This document shows, piece by piece, positions 9,188 through 20,372 of a stretch of 64,000 nucleotides of DNA (positions are counted from its first letter, which is position 1; each line of letters opens with the position of its first letter). The position numbers and the translations under genes are program-made. The notes under the pieces are model-generated. The model made no database searches. It was not told the origin of the DNA and saw only the letters and a program-made list of their open reading frames with translations. The stretch is from an uncultured Peptostreptococcaceae bacterium (lineage in GTDB: Bacteria > Bacillota > Clostridia > Peptostreptococcales > Peptostreptococcaceae): positions 51,652 through 115,651 of the forward strand of contig CALWPP010000003.1 in NCBI GenBank assembly GCA_944383455.1. Direction: 5' to 3'.

Positions 9188-10882
9188 TTGAGATTTAATC
9201 AATATAAATACGAAAGACCCAATTATGAAAAAATAAGCCTAAAATTTAAGGAAATAATATCAAAACTAGATAATACAAAAACTTATAAAGAACAAAAATC
9301 TTATATAAAAAAAATAAATGAAATAAGAAACTACATACAAACAATGTCTACACTTTCTTCAATAAGATATAGTATAAATACAAAAGATGCTTTTTATGAA
9401 ACTGAAAAAGATTATTGGGATGAATATTCTCCTAGGTATGAAGAACTAGATTCTTTATTTTATAAAAGTATTGTAAACTCAGAATTTAAATATGAAATAG
9501 AAAAAGATTACGGAAAACAATTTATAAAAATATGTGAATTTTCTATTAAGTCTTTTTCAAATGAAATAATACCATATCTTCAAGAAGAAAATAAACTTTC
9601 ATCACAGTATACTAAATTATTAGCTAGTGCAAAAATAAATTTTAAAGGTGATGAGAAAAATTTATCAGAGCTTTTAAAATTTATGACTTCAAGTGATAGA
9701 AAAATAAGAGAAGAGTCATCAAAAGCATATTATAGTTTTTTTGAAGAAAATGAAAATAAATTTGATGAAATATTTGATAAATTAGTTAAGGTAAGAGATA
9801 AAATAGCTAAACACTTAGGATACAAAAACTTTGTTGAACTTGGCTATATAAGAATGTTAAGAACTGACTACAATTCAGAAATGGTTAAAAATTTTAGGAG
9901 TCAAGTTTTTGAATATATAGTTCCATTAGCTAATAAATTATATAAAAGACAAGCAAAAAGGCTTAATCTAGAAAAATTAACTTATATAGACGAAAACTTT
10001 GAATTTGAAACAGGAAATGCAACTCCTAAAGAAAAAAGCAAAGATATAATAAAAAATGGACAAAAAATGTATAATGAACTTTCAAAAGAAACTGGAGAGT
10101 TTTTTAACTTTATGATACAAAACGACCTTATGGATTTAGAAACCAAAAAAGGAAAAGCATCAGGTGGATATTGCACGTACATACCAAATTATAAATCTCC
10201 GTTTATTTTTTCTAATTTTAATCAAACATCAGATGATATAGATGTATTAACTCATGAAGCAGGGCATGCTTTTCAAGTTTATATGTCCAGACATATTGAT
10301 GTACCTGATATGAATTTTCCAACATTTGAAAGTTGTGAAATCCATTCTATGAGTATGGAGTTTATAACTTGGCCTTGGATGGATTTATTTTTTAAAGAAG
10401 AAACAGATAAATATAAATTTACTCATTTATCTTCTGCTATTAAGTTTATACCTTATGGAATAGTAGTTGATGAATTTCAACATATAATATATGAAAATCC
10501 TTATATGACTCCAAATGAAAGAAAAAGTGCTTGGAGAGAATTAGAAAAGAAATACTTACCTCATAAAGATTATAGTGATTGTGATTTTTTAGAAAAAGGT
10601 ACTTGGTGGTATAAGCAAGGTCATATATTTAAAAATCCATTTTATTATATTGATTATACACTGGCACAAATTTGTGCACTTCAGTACTGGAAAAAATTTA
10701 ACGAAGATAGAAAAACTTCTTGGGAAGATTATTTAAGTATTTGTAAAGTTGGAGGAACAAAGTCTTTTCTTGAAATAGTTGAACTTGGAAATTTAATTTC
10801 ACCATTTAAAGATAATTGTGTAAAAAGTGTTATAGATGATATAGAAATTTATTTAGATAGTATTGATGATAAATTATTATAA
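9188..10882 (+). CDS. M3-family oligoendopeptidase (PepF-like)
   Basis: Zinc motif 'THEAGHAF' with a downstream 'E' ligand region. 564 aa. AGGAGG RBS precedes a TTG start. Confidence 0.85.
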   Translation: MRFNQYKYERPNYEKISLKFKEIISKLDNTKTYKEQKSYIKKINEIRNYIQTMSTLSSIRYSINTKDAFYETEKDYWDEYSPRYEELDSLFYKSIVNSEFKYEIEKDYGKQFIKICEFSIKSFSNEIIPYLQEENKLSSQYTKLLASAKINFKGDEKNLSELLKFMTSSDRKIREESSKAYYSFFEENENKFDEIFDKLVKVRDKIAKHLGYKNFVELGYIRMLRTDYNSEMVKNFRSQVFEYIVPLANKLYKRQAKRLNLEKLTYIDENFEFETGNATPKEKSKDIIKNGQKMYNELSKETGEFFNFMIQNDLMDLETKKGKASGGYCTYIPNYKSPFIFSNFNQTSDDIDVLTHEAGHAFQVYMSRHIDVPDMNFPTFESCEIHSMSMEFITWPWMDLFFKEETDKYKFTHLSSAIKFIPYGIVVDEFQHIIYENPYMTPNERKSAWRELEKKYLPHKDYSDCDFLEKGTWWYKQGHIFKNPFYYIDYTLAQICALQYWKKFNEDRKTSWEDYLSICKVGGTKSFLEIVELGNLISPFKDNCVKSVIDDIEIYLDSIDDKLL

Positions 10883-10883
10883 A

Positions 10884-10923
10884 TTAAGCCTATAAAGTAG
10901 AATTTTCTATTTTATAGGCTTAA
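10884..10923. terminator. Bidirectional hairpin terminator between convergent genes
   Basis: TTAAGCCTATAAA ... TTTATAGGCTTAA long stem with T-runs on both sides. Confidence 0.7.
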
Positions 10924-10925
10924 TT

Positions 10926-12005
10926 TTATTTATAATTTTTAAGTAAAAATTTATCTGTATATATTTTTATAACTCCTGCGATTGGAACTGATAAAATCAT
11001 ACCAGGTATACCAAAAAATCCACCACCAATAGTAACTGCAAGAATAGTTAAAAATGGACTTATTCCAAGTTGACCACCAACTATTTTTGGTTCTATTATG
11101 GCAACTTCAAGTTGTTGAACTAAAAGAAGATATACTAAAGAAAATAGTGCGATTTTTGGGTCATAAAATAAATTTATTAAAACTACTGGAGTCATTCCAA
11201 TAACTGGTCCAAAATAAGGTATCATATTCATAAAACCTATCAAAGTACCAAATAAAAGAGCATACTGAGATTTTATAAAAAATAATCCAATTCCAGAAAT
11301 TAATCCAACTATAAAAGAATCAAGTATTTTTCCAGAAAAATATTTTCCAATATTTGAATTTAATACATCGAAAAACTCAAATACGGCGTTACTTGCTTTT
11401 TTGCCAAAAAATATAACGATTACCTTATGTAAAAACTCTAAAAAACTCTCTTTTTCAAGAAGCATATAAAAGCATATTATAAATGATAAAACAAGTTGAA
11501 CTATAAATTTACCAACTGAAAATGTAGTGGAAAATATTTGTCCTAAAGAACCTACAAGTAAATTACCTATTTCTGGTATAGTTGCCATTATACTATTTCC
11601 AATATCCTCTAGTGTTTTAGGGTCTACATTTTTTAAATTTTTAGCAATTTCAATAAAAAATGCTTGAGTTTTTGATATATAGCTTGGTATTTGATTAACT
11701 ATATCTACTAAACTATCAAAAATAGCAGGTGCTGTAAATAATATTGATGAAGCTAAAAATATAAAAATAAATCCATAAGTCATTAAAAGAGCTAAAACTC
11801 TTTTTAATTTAACTTTTTGCTCTAAAAAGCTAATAATTGGATTTAGTGCATATGCAAGAACAAATGCAATTATAAATGGTGTTAAAAGTGATACTAAAAC
11901 TTTTACTATATTAAAAAAATAATTATAGTTATCAACTATTTTTATTGCAATATAAGATACTATAACTGTAATAACAATTTTTAAATAAAATTTAAAATCG
12001 TTCAT
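10926..12005 (-). CDS. AI-2E family transporter (PerM/UPF0118)
   Basis: Eight-TM pattern with a C-terminal 'GGQLGISPFLTILAVTIGGGFFGIPGMILSVPIAGV'. GGAG RBS precedes the ATG at 12005. Confidence 0.8.
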   Translation of the reverse strand: MNDFKFYLKIVITVIVSYIAIKIVDNYNYFFNIVKVLVSLLTPFIIAFVLAYALNPIISFLEQKVKLKRVLALLMTYGFIFIFLASSILFTAPAIFDSLVDIVNQIPSYISKTQAFFIEIAKNLKNVDPKTLEDIGNSIMATIPEIGNLLVGSLGQIFSTTFSVGKFIVQLVLSFIICFYMLLEKESFLEFLHKVIVIFFGKKASNAVFEFFDVLNSNIGKYFSGKILDSFIVGLISGIGLFFIKSQYALLFGTLIGFMNMIPYFGPVIGMTPVVLINLFYDPKIALFSLVYLLLVQQLEVAIIEPKIVGGQLGISPFLTILAVTIGGGFFGIPGMILSVPIAGVIKIYTDKFLLKNYK

Positions 12006-12117
12006 CTTATTTCTCCTTTCTTTATAGATAAAAATTATATCATAATATTTTATTAAAATCATTAACTATTACATAGTTTCATATAATTTAAATAATTTAA
12101 GATGATAGGAGTTTTTT

Positions 12118-15100
12118 ATGGATTTTGAAGTGATTGTAAAATACAACGGAGATATATTAAGACTAGAAAATGAATTAGGTGTTATTGTTGAAATATTATC
12201 TCCTATGTATGCAATAATATCATCAAAAGAGAAGGAAAGTTTTAATAAATTACTTAGTTATCCAGAAATAGAATTTATAGAGGAACCATTTATTTTAAAA
12301 ACTCAAGATAGTCAAAGTTTTTCAAGTACAGGAATAACTTCATTCAAAAATACAACAAATCTAACTGGATATAATACTTTAATAGGTATAATAGACTCTG
12401 GTATTGATTATAACTTACCAGTTTTTAGAGATGATAAAGGAAGCTCAAAAATAGTATATTACTGGGATCAATCAATAACAGGAAATCCTCCACAAGGTTT
12501 TAAAGAGGGAACTTTATACACAAAAGAAGATATAAATAAAGCTATTAAAGGTGAAGTTTATATACCAGTATCTACAACATCAACACACGGTACTCACGTT
12601 GCAGGTATTTGTGCCCAAATTGCAAATAAAGCAGAGTTAATAGTAGTTAGAGTAGGAAGTATACAGACTGACACATTTTCTAGAAGTACAGAATTTATGA
12701 GAGCTATTAAATTTATACTAGATAGAGCATTAGAAATAAAAAAACCAGTATCAATAAATATAAGCTATGGTAGTAATGAAGGTTCTCATAGAGGATTATC
12801 TTTATTTGAACAATACATAGATGATATGTCTAATTTTTGGAAAAATAGTATTGTAATTGCATCTGGTAATAATGCAAATAAGGGAGCTCACCAAAATATT
12901 CAACTAAGTGATGAAACAGTTGAAGTTGAGTTTGTAATTGGAGAAAATGAAAGAATTATAAATATTAATATATGGCCAAACTTTGTAGATAAAATGGGTA
13001 TATATCTAATAAGTCCATCAAATCAAAAGACCGAAACATTAAGTTTAGATAATAATACTATAAATAATACTTTATCACAAACTATTGTAAATGGATTTTT
13101 TTATGATATAGAACCATATTCATTAAAAAGAAGAGTAACATTTGAACTAAAATCAACTCAAAGAATAGATTTTGGTATATGGAAAATAGTTTTTGAACCT
13201 TATGATATAGTGGTTGGAAATATAGATATCTATCTTCCAACCAGTGAAGGTTTAACAAGAGAAACAAGATTTTTAAACCCAACAACAACTCTAACAACAA
13301 CAGTACCAGGAACTGCAACAAATGCAATAACAGTTGGAAGTTTTAACTCAAGAACTGGAAATGTATCTATATTTTCTGGAGAGGGAGATTTTAGAAGTTG
13401 CGTTTTCAAACCAGATTTACTAGCTCCAGGAGAAGATATAATATCTACACTACCAGGGGGAACTATAGGTTCATTAAGTGGAACAAGTATGGCAACCCCA
13501 CACGTAACAGGAGTGTGCTCATTGCTTATGGAGTGGGGTATAGTAAATAAAAACGATTTGTTTTTATATGGACAAAAACTAAAAGCATTTCTTTTAAGTA
13601 ATGCAAGAAGAGAACGAAATAGAATTTATCCAAATAATTCATATGGTTATGGTAAATTAGATTTATTTAATGTTGACATAAAAAAATTTATTAACGGTTC
13701 TAATGTGGATAGTTTATATAGAAGTAATTCAATTTTTAATGAACCAATAATAAGAGGTGTTAATATAAATCATAGTGTAGGATTTGATGATGAACTATAT
13801 ATTCTTCCAAAAGAATTTAAATATGAAAAGATAAGAATAAGCGATACTATAACTGCTATGTTAATAGATGAAGATAATTATAAATATATTTTTGATTTAC
13901 TTAATTTAAAAACAGTAAAACGAATAATTCCTCTTACAAATATGAATTTACTTGGAAATATAACTCAAGGTACATTAGAAGGTGTTGTTGAGAATGAGTC
14001 ATTAGGTGTTAATTTTTTAACGGAAAACCCTAATCTACAAATAACTGGTAAAGGAGTTTTGATAGCGATAATTGATACTGGTATAGATTACTTACATCAA
14101 GATTTTATATACTCAGATGGAACATCAAAGATTAAATTTTTATGGGACCAAACAAAGGAAGGTACTCCTCCAAAAGGGTATTACATAGGTACAGAATATA
14201 CAAATGAGGATATAAATAAAGCTATACTGGAAAATGATAGCACTCTTTCTGTTGATGAGGTTGGGAGTGGGACTATGTTAAGTGGAATTTGTGCTGGTCT
14301 TGGAAATATAAATCCTCTTTATAAAGGTGTTGCAAAAGATGCAGATCTTATAGTTGTAAAACTTTCAAAAATAAATGGAGAGTATAATAACTCAATGTTT
14401 TTTGCAGCAAATGAATATGTTTATAATAAATCACTAGAGCTTAATATGCCACTTTGCATAAATATATCACTTGGTACTAATTCATTAGTAGGTTTTGATA
14501 GTGAATTTTTTTATAAAGATAGTTTTTTTAAAAGGGGATTTTTTATATCAGCAGCTGCTGGAAATGATGTAAATAAACAACTTCACACATCTGGAGATAT
14601 TCCAACAGTAGGTGAAACTAAAGTAGTTCAATTTGAATTAGATGAAGATTTAGATGATATAGAGGTTGAACTATGGGTTGAAAGGCCATATAATGTAGAA
14701 TTGTTATTAGAATCTCCGAGTGGAGAAATAAGTAAAAACGCACAATTATCAAACTTTAACCAAGTAAATGGAATATTTGATATAGAACAAACAAAATACA
14801 TTATAACTTATACTTATCCAACTACATTTTCAGGTCAGCAATTTACAAGTATTATTTTGAAAAAACCTAAAAAAGGAATATGGAAAGTTATATTAGTTGG
14901 AATTTATAAATCTTTTGGTATATATAATGTTATTTATAAAGAGTTTGGTAAATACAATATGTATATAATCAATAATAAATCAAATAAGATAAGATTTAGA
15001 GAGGCAGACCCTTTTTACACAGTAAATTTCCCTGCTATTAGTCAATATATTATGACTGTTGGAGGATATAACACTATAAATAACAGCATATGGATTAATT

Positions 15101-15420
15101 CATCAAGAGGACCAAATATACAAAATATAAAAAAACCGGATATAGTTGCACCAGGAGTAAATATAATTTCAACTTTTCCAGGTAATAAATATGCAAAAAT
15201 TACTGGAACTAGTGCTGCAAATTCATACGTTATTGGGGCTAGTGCACTTTATTTGCAATATACATTTATTGATGAAATTTATAAGGATAAATCATACCCA
15301 CAAATAATAAAAACCTATATGCAAGCTGGTGCAAAAAGAGATAATTCAAATATTTATCCAAACAATAGCTTGGGATATGGTATGTTAGATGTAAGGGGGT
15401 TTTTTGATGCCATTAAATAA
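12118..15420 (+). CDS. cspBA: Fused germination-specific subtilisin-like protease CspB-CspA (CspBA)
   Basis: Two tandem subtilase domains in a single 1100-aa ORF. Domain 1 has an intact triad ([25 protein letters not shown]). Domain 2 keeps Asp (IIDTGIDY) but has 'GSGTMLSGI' at the His site and 'GTSAANSYV' at the Ser site. Confidence 0.9.
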   Translation: MDFEVIVKYNGDILRLENELGVIVEILSPMYAIISSKEKESFNKLLSYPEIEFIEEPFILKTQDSQSFSSTGITSFKNTTNLTGYNTLIGIIDSGIDYNLPVFRDDKGSSKIVYYWDQSITGNPPQGFKEGTLYTKEDINKAIKGEVYIPVSTTSTHGTHVAGICAQIANKAELIVVRVGSIQTDTFSRSTEFMRAIKFILDRALEIKKPVSINISYGSNEGSHRGLSLFEQYIDDMSNFWKNSIVIASGNNANKGAHQNIQLSDETVEVEFVIGENERIININIWPNFVDKMGIYLISPSNQKTETLSLDNNTINNTLSQTIVNGFFYDIEPYSLKRRVTFELKSTQRIDFGIWKIVFEPYDIVVGNIDIYLPTSEGLTRETRFLNPTTTLTTTVPGTATNAITVGSFNSRTGNVSIFSGEGDFRSCVFKPDLLAPGEDIISTLPGGTIGSLSGTSMATPHVTGVCSLLMEWGIVNKNDLFLYGQKLKAFLLSNARRERNRIYPNNSYGYGKLDLFNVDIKKFINGSNVDSLYRSNSIFNEPIIRGVNINHSVGFDDELYILPKEFKYEKIRISDTITAMLIDEDNYKYIFDLLNLKTVKRIIPLTNMNLLGNITQGTLEGVVENESLGVNFLTENPNLQITGKGVLIAIIDTGIDYLHQDFIYSDGTSKIKFLWDQTKEGTPPKGYYIGTEYTNEDINKAILENDSTLSVDEVGSGTMLSGICAGLGNINPLYKGVAKDADLIVVKLSKINGEYNNSMFFAANEYVYNKSLELNMPLCINISLGTNSLVGFDSEFFYKDSFFKRGFFISAAAGNDVNKQLHTSGDIPTVGETKVVQFELDEDLDDIEVELWVERPYNVELLLESPSGEISKNAQLSNFNQVNGIFDIEQTKYIITYTYPTTFSGQQFTSIILKKPKKGIWKVILVGIYKSFGIYNVIYKEFGKYNMYIINNKSNKIRFREADPFYTVNFPAISQYIMTVGGYNTINNSIWINSSRGPNIQNIKKPDIVAPGVNIISTFPGNKYAKITGTSAANSYVIGASALYLQYTFIDEIYKDKSYPQIIKTYMQAGAKRDNSNIYPNNSLGYGMLDVRGFFDAIK

Positions 15421-17089
15421 GTCTTTTTTTATAATTTATAGTGGAAATATACTTAATGAACTAAAATCTAAAAATATAAAAAATTTTTTTATACTAAACT
15501 CGCATCTTGCGATTATAAATGTTAGTGAAACTTTTGATTGTGAAATGCTAAGAAAACTAGATAGTGTTGTAAGTATTATAGAAAGCTCATCTATGAGTTC
15601 ACTAATTGAATTAAATGATACATCAATTGAAAATGGTGAAACGATAAAAGATGCATCAGGTATTGACTATATTGAGAAAAACCCATACTTAAATCTAAAA
15701 GGAAAAAATATTTTAGTAGCAATAATAGATTCTGGTATTGATTATCTTAACAAAGATTTTATAGATGATGATAATAAAACAAAGATACTTAGTATATGGG
15801 ACCAGCAAAAAGTTAGTGATAAGGTTTATGATAATGTACCTTTTGGAACTGAAATAACTGAAGATGAGATAAATGAAGCTATATTAAATAATAATCCAAA
15901 TTTAACTACAGATACGATTGGTACAGGAACTATTGTAAGTGGTATAATTTGTGGTGAAGGTAATATTATAAATGATTACAGAGGTATTGCACCAGAAAGT
16001 AAATTAATAGTAGTAAAGTTAAAAGAATACAACAATAGATATTTAAATACTAGAAAAAGCTATAGAGATACTGACTTTTTAGCAGGAATAAGATATGTTT
16101 TAGATATTGCAAAAAGAGAAAATAAGCCACTAATAATAAACTTAACTGTAGGTTCAATATCTAGTGAAGTTAATGGTATGAATTTATTAGATACGTTTGA
16201 TGAACTTAGTAATCCGGGAGTTTTTGTTGTTGGTGGTGCTGGAAATCAAGGTAATACAGGTATACATTATCTTGGTAAATTAGAATCAATTAATGATATA
16301 AAAGATATTATTATTCAAGTTGGAGAGCAAAATAGCCTAGATATATTAATGGAAGTTAGAAGCCTAGATAAATTAGGTGTTCAAATAATATCTCCATCTG
16401 GAGAACTTAGTTATATTGCCAATTATACACCAGAAAATATTGTTTTTAGTGGAAGTTTCAATTCAGAAAATACTAAATATAGAATATATTATAGTTATCC
16501 AGATTTATTACTAGCAAGACAAAAAGTTATAGTTAATCTAAAAGATATAAAACCTGGTGTTTGGACATTAAGAGTTACTCCAGAGTTCTTAGTTAATGGA
16601 GAGTTTAATTTGTATTTACCAAATAAAAATTTATTATCTGAAGAAACTAAGTTTGTAAATTCTGATTCTATTTCAACCATAACAACATACTCTGCTGGAA
16701 AAAATACTATAACTGTTGGAGTTTTTAATGATAGAACAAGCAGTATGTGGCTTGGCTCATCACAAGGTTCAACATTTGGTGATTTTTTAAAGCCAGATAT
16801 AGTTGCATCTGGAGTAGATATTATTTCAACATTTATTAATAATACTTATAAAGTATCAACAGGTAGTGGTATTAGTTCATCAATAGCAACTGGAGTTGTT
16901 GCCCTTATAATTGAATATTTAATAGAACAAAGTAAATTTACAAGGCTAACTCTTTTTCCACAAGTTATAAAGACTTATTTAATGCTTGGAGCTGAGAAAA
17001 AGGATATTTACAAGTATCCAAATATATCACAAGGATATGGAATACTAAATCTTGAAAATACAATAAGAGAAATTGCAGATAATCTTTAG
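15404..17089 (+). CDS. cspC: Subtilisin-like pseudoprotease CspC (germinant-sensing type)
   Basis: Third subtilase domain. Asp is retained (IIDSGIDY), the His site reads 'GTGTIVSGI' and the Ser site reads 'STGSGISSS' (GSG in place of GTS). Overlaps the cspBA stop by 17 nt. Confidence 0.88.
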   Translation: MMPLNKSFFIIYSGNILNELKSKNIKNFFILNSHLAIINVSETFDCEMLRKLDSVVSIIESSSMSSLIELNDTSIENGETIKDASGIDYIEKNPYLNLKGKNILVAIIDSGIDYLNKDFIDDDNKTKILSIWDQQKVSDKVYDNVPFGTEITEDEINEAILNNNPNLTTDTIGTGTIVSGIICGEGNIINDYRGIAPESKLIVVKLKEYNNRYLNTRKSYRDTDFLAGIRYVLDIAKRENKPLIINLTVGSISSEVNGMNLLDTFDELSNPGVFVVGGAGNQGNTGIHYLGKLESINDIKDIIIQVGEQNSLDILMEVRSLDKLGVQIISPSGELSYIANYTPENIVFSGSFNSENTKYRIYYSYPDLLLARQKVIVNLKDIKPGVWTLRVTPEFLVNGEFNLYLPNKNLLSEETKFVNSDSISTITTYSAGKNTITVGVFNDRTSSMWLGSSQGSTFGDFLKPDIVASGVDIISTFINNTYKVSTGSGISSSIATGVVALIIEYLIEQSKFTRLTLFPQVIKTYLMLGAEKKDIYKYPNISQGYGILNLENTIREIADNL

Positions 17090-17146
17090 TATAAATTTAC
17101 ATTCATTTGCACAAACTACTATAAAAATTATAAGGTAGGTTATATA

Positions 17147-17338
17147 ATGAAAAAAGATACTAAAGCATTAACTGGTAAAAATAATGAGAGATTAAAGACA
17201 CATAAACAACAAAATAATCAAATAAATGCAGCTTGGGCTAATATGGAAAGCTTAAAATCACAAAGCAATGTTTCTATTCCAAGTATGGATTCTGTTGTAG
17301 AAGCTAAAGATTGGGTAGATAATGGAAGTGAGTTATAA
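17147..17338 (+). CDS. Small hydrophilic hypothetical protein (63 aa) downstream of cspC
   Basis: GGTAGG-like RBS, then an ATG. Gln/Asn/Lys-rich with 'NAAWANMESL' and 'VEAKDWVDNGSEL'. Followed by a strong hairpin. Confidence 0.55.
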   Translation: MKKDTKALTGKNNERLKTHKQQNNQINAAWANMESLKSQSNVSIPSMDSVVEAKDWVDNGSEL

Positions 17339-17358
17339 TAATTTTAATTAAAATTTAT

Positions 17359-17389
17359 AAAATGCTAGAATATTAAATTCTAGCATTTT
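17359..17389. terminator. Bidirectional terminator hairpin
   Basis: AAAATGCTAGAAT / ATTCTAGCATTTT 13-bp stem with loop ATTAA and A/T runs on both sides. Confidence 0.85.
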
Positions 17390-18554
17390 ATTTTGATAAA
17401 CATAAAATATTTAATATGTGAACTAAAACACCAAATTTTAAACAATCTTCATCAATATCAAATTTTTCTGAGTGAAGAGGGTAAATAATATTTTTAGCTT
17501 CATTTTTACAACCAATATGATAAAAAGCTCCTTTTGAATGTTTTAGAAAAAAAGAGAAGTCTTCAACTCCTAAAGAGGGTTCTTTTTTTGTTATTATCTT
17601 TTCTTTACCAATATTTTTTTCTAAATTTTCTTTTATAATATCTACAACATCATTATCATTTACTAAAACATCATAACCTTCTTCAAAATAAACTTCTCCT
17701 TCACATCCAAAAGAATTTGATATATTTTTTACTATGTGTGTTATTTTTCTTTTTGAAAATTTACGAGTACTTTCGTTTAGAGTCCTAAGAGTACCTTTTA
17801 TTACTACATTATCACAAGTAATATTTTCTTTAATTCCACCATTTATCATTCCTAATGATAAGACAACAGAGTCTGTTGGAGATATGTTTCTACTAACCAA
17901 GCTCTGAAGAGAAGTTATTACATGTGCTGAAGTTAGTATTGCATCTATTCCTTGATGAGGATATGCTCCATGAGACTTTTTTCCTTTGATATTTATAGTA
18001 ATAGAGTCTGATGAAGCGTTCATAGTGTCATATTTTAACTCAATGTAACCAGTATCTATATTTGGATTTACATGAAGACCTAAAATATAATCTACTTTAG
18101 GATTTTCAAGACATAAATCTTTTATTAAAAGTTTAGCTCCTCCAAATGTTTCTTCTGCTGGCTGAAACAAAAATTTTACATTAACGTTTAGATATTCTTT
18201 TAAGTCATTTAATACTTTACAAGTTCCAAGTAAAATTGCAGTATGAGCATCATGTCCACAAGCATGCATAAATCCACTTATTTTTGACTTATATGGTTTT
18301 TCATTTTCTTCATTTATTGGAAGTGCATCAATATCAGCTCTTATTGCAATAGTTTTTTTAGCATTATCACTAATAATATATGCCATAATACCGGTATGAT
18401 TTTTAAATGTTTTATATTTAATACCTATTTCATCTAAATATTTTATTATCTTTTCTTTAGTTTTAAACTCCAAAAGTCCTATTTCTGGTGTTTGATGTAA
18501 ATCTCTTCTAACTGATATTAACCAATCATTTATTTCGTTTATTTTTTCTAACAT
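17388..18554 (-). CDS. M20-family amidohydrolase (N-acyl-amino-acid amidohydrolase type)
   Basis: 'RADIDALP', 'HACGHDAH' and 'FQPAEE' metal-ligand motifs of the M20D subfamily. Confidence 0.85.
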   Translation of the reverse strand: MLEKINEINDWLISVRRDLHQTPEIGLLEFKTKEKIIKYLDEIGIKYKTFKNHTGIMAYIISDNAKKTIAIRADIDALPINEENEKPYKSKISGFMHACGHDAHTAILLGTCKVLNDLKEYLNVNVKFLFQPAEETFGGAKLLIKDLCLENPKVDYILGLHVNPNIDTGYIELKYDTMNASSDSITINIKGKKSHGAYPHQGIDAILTSAHVITSLQSLVSRNISPTDSVVLSLGMINGGIKENITCDNVVIKGTLRTLNESTRKFSKRKITHIVKNISNSFGCEGEVYFEEGYDVLVNDNDVVDIIKENLEKNIGKEKIITKKEPSLGVEDFSFFLKHSKGAFYHIGCKNEAKNIIYPLHSEKFDIDEDCLKFGVLVHILNILCLSK

Positions 18555-18655
18555 AAGAACCTCTAATTATAAAGTATATTTTTATTTATAAATAGTATAT
18601 TTTAAATGAGTATAATTTATAATTTAAAATTATTTATTAAGTTAAGAGGTATTTT

Positions 18656-19552
18656 ATGAGAAAATTAGAAAAAGGAACGACTTTAGGAGTTATAGCTCCT
18701 TCTGGACCAATTAAAAAGTATTCAATTTTAGAGCTAGAAAAATCACTTAAAAAGTATGGTTTTAGGGTTAAATTTTTTGAAAGTTCGTATAGCTCCTACA
18801 AAGGATATCTAGGAGGAACTGATGATTTAAGACTTAATGATATACACGAAAGTTTTCTTGATAAAGATATTGATGTAATTATGTGTATCCGTGGAGGATA
18901 TGGAAGTATGAGAATAATTGATAATATTGATTTTGATATTATTAAGTATAATAAAAAGCCATTTATAGGATTTTCAGATATAACTTCACTTTTAATAGCA
19001 TTTAATCAAAAATGTGACTTAATAACTTATCATGGGATAATGGCTGGAAGTAGTCCATATTGGGACGATTTTAGCCTTAATTCTTTAATGAGTGTTATAA
19101 ATAAACAAAATATAGAGATTATAAATCCTAAAGGCTTTAAATTAAAATCATTAATAAATGGAAAAGCTAGTGGAAAATTAACTGGTGGTAATTTAACTTT
19201 GATTTGCTCAACACTTGGAACAAAATATGAAATAGATACAAAAAATAAAATACTTTTTATAGAAGATGTTGGGGAAAGTATATATAGAATTGATAGAATG
19301 CTTACACAGTTATGTTTAGCTAGTAAGTTTGATGACTGTAAAGGCATAATTTTTGGTGATTTTTGTGATTGCAAACAAGTAAATAAGGATGACTTTTTAT
19401 TGGAAGAAATTTTATTTGATAGAGTAAAAAGATTTGATAAACCATGTATATACAATTTAAGAAGTGGACATTGTATTCCTAATATAACTTTACCAATTGG
19501 AGCAAATTGTACTATTGATGCAACTAATCTAAAAATAAGTTTATGTAAATGA
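18656..19552 (+). CDS. S66-family LD-carboxypeptidase (LdcA/MccF-like)
   Basis: 'GVIAPSGP', nucleophile 'GFSDITSL', 'FIEDVGE' and a C-terminal 'SGHC' His. Confidence 0.85.
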   Translation: MRKLEKGTTLGVIAPSGPIKKYSILELEKSLKKYGFRVKFFESSYSSYKGYLGGTDDLRLNDIHESFLDKDIDVIMCIRGGYGSMRIIDNIDFDIIKYNKKPFIGFSDITSLLIAFNQKCDLITYHGIMAGSSPYWDDFSLNSLMSVINKQNIEIINPKGFKLKSLINGKASGKLTGGNLTLICSTLGTKYEIDTKNKILFIEDVGESIYRIDRMLTQLCLASKFDDCKGIIFGDFCDCKQVNKDDFLLEEILFDRVKRFDKPCIYNLRSGHCIPNITLPIGANCTIDATNLKISLCK

Positions 19553-19568
19553 TAGGGGCATTTGCCCT

Positions 19569-20372
19569 TTATCTTCTGTTGTTGTATATTTTTTCTATAA
19601 TATTTAATATTTCATACATAACAAATGCACAAAATGCTAATACAAAAACTCCCATCATAACAAGGTCTAATTTAAATACTTGACCACCATAAACTATTAA
19701 ATAACCTATACCATATCTTGATACTAAAAATTCACCAACTATAACTCCTACCCAAGCCATACCAATATTTATTTTAGTTATATTTATAAGATTTGAAATA
19801 TTAGAAGGTATTATTAGTTTAAAAAGTATTTGAAATTTTGTTGCTCCAAAACTTTTTAGCATTTTGATTTTTTCACTATCAACACTTAAAAAATAATTAT
19901 AAGCAGATAAAATAGTTACAACTATTGAAATAGTAACTGCAATAACTACAATACCTTTAATACCAGCACCAGCCCATACTATTATAATTGGAGCTAGAGC
20001 AGTTTTTGGTAAAGCATTTAAAACTACTAAAAATGGGTCTAAGATTTTTGATAATTTTTCAAAATACCAAAGAATAATTGCAATAATTATTCCTAAAAAA
20101 GTACCTATAAAAAGACCTAGTATAGTTTCATAAACTGATATTAAAACATGTCTTAAGAGTTCACCGTTTTTTATATATGATATAAATAAATTAAATATAT
20201 CACTTGGTTTACTAAATAAAAATAAATCAATAACACCAAAATTAGCTAAAACTTCCCAAATAACTAAAAATGATACAAGAAGAAGCACCTGACTTAATAT
20301 TATGTTTCGTTTTTCTTTTTTTAGATTATTTATATAATTAATATATCCATCAGATTTATTATTTAACTTCAT
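19569..20372 (-). CDS. ABC transporter permease (NitT/TauT family)
   Basis: Six-TM BPD-type permease with an EAA-like loop 'MLKSFGATKFQILFKLIIP'. Confidence 0.85.
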   Translation of the reverse strand: MKLNNKSDGYINYINNLKKEKRNIILSQVLLLVSFLVIWEVLANFGVIDLFLFSKPSDIFNLFISYIKNGELLRHVLISVYETILGLFIGTFLGIIIAIILWYFEKLSKILDPFLVVLNALPKTALAPIIIVWAGAGIKGIVVIAVTISIVVTILSAYNYFLSVDSEKIKMLKSFGATKFQILFKLIIPSNISNLINITKINIGMAWVGVIVGEFLVSRYGIGYLIVYGGQVFKLDLVMMGVFVLAFCAFVMYEILNIIEKIYNNRR

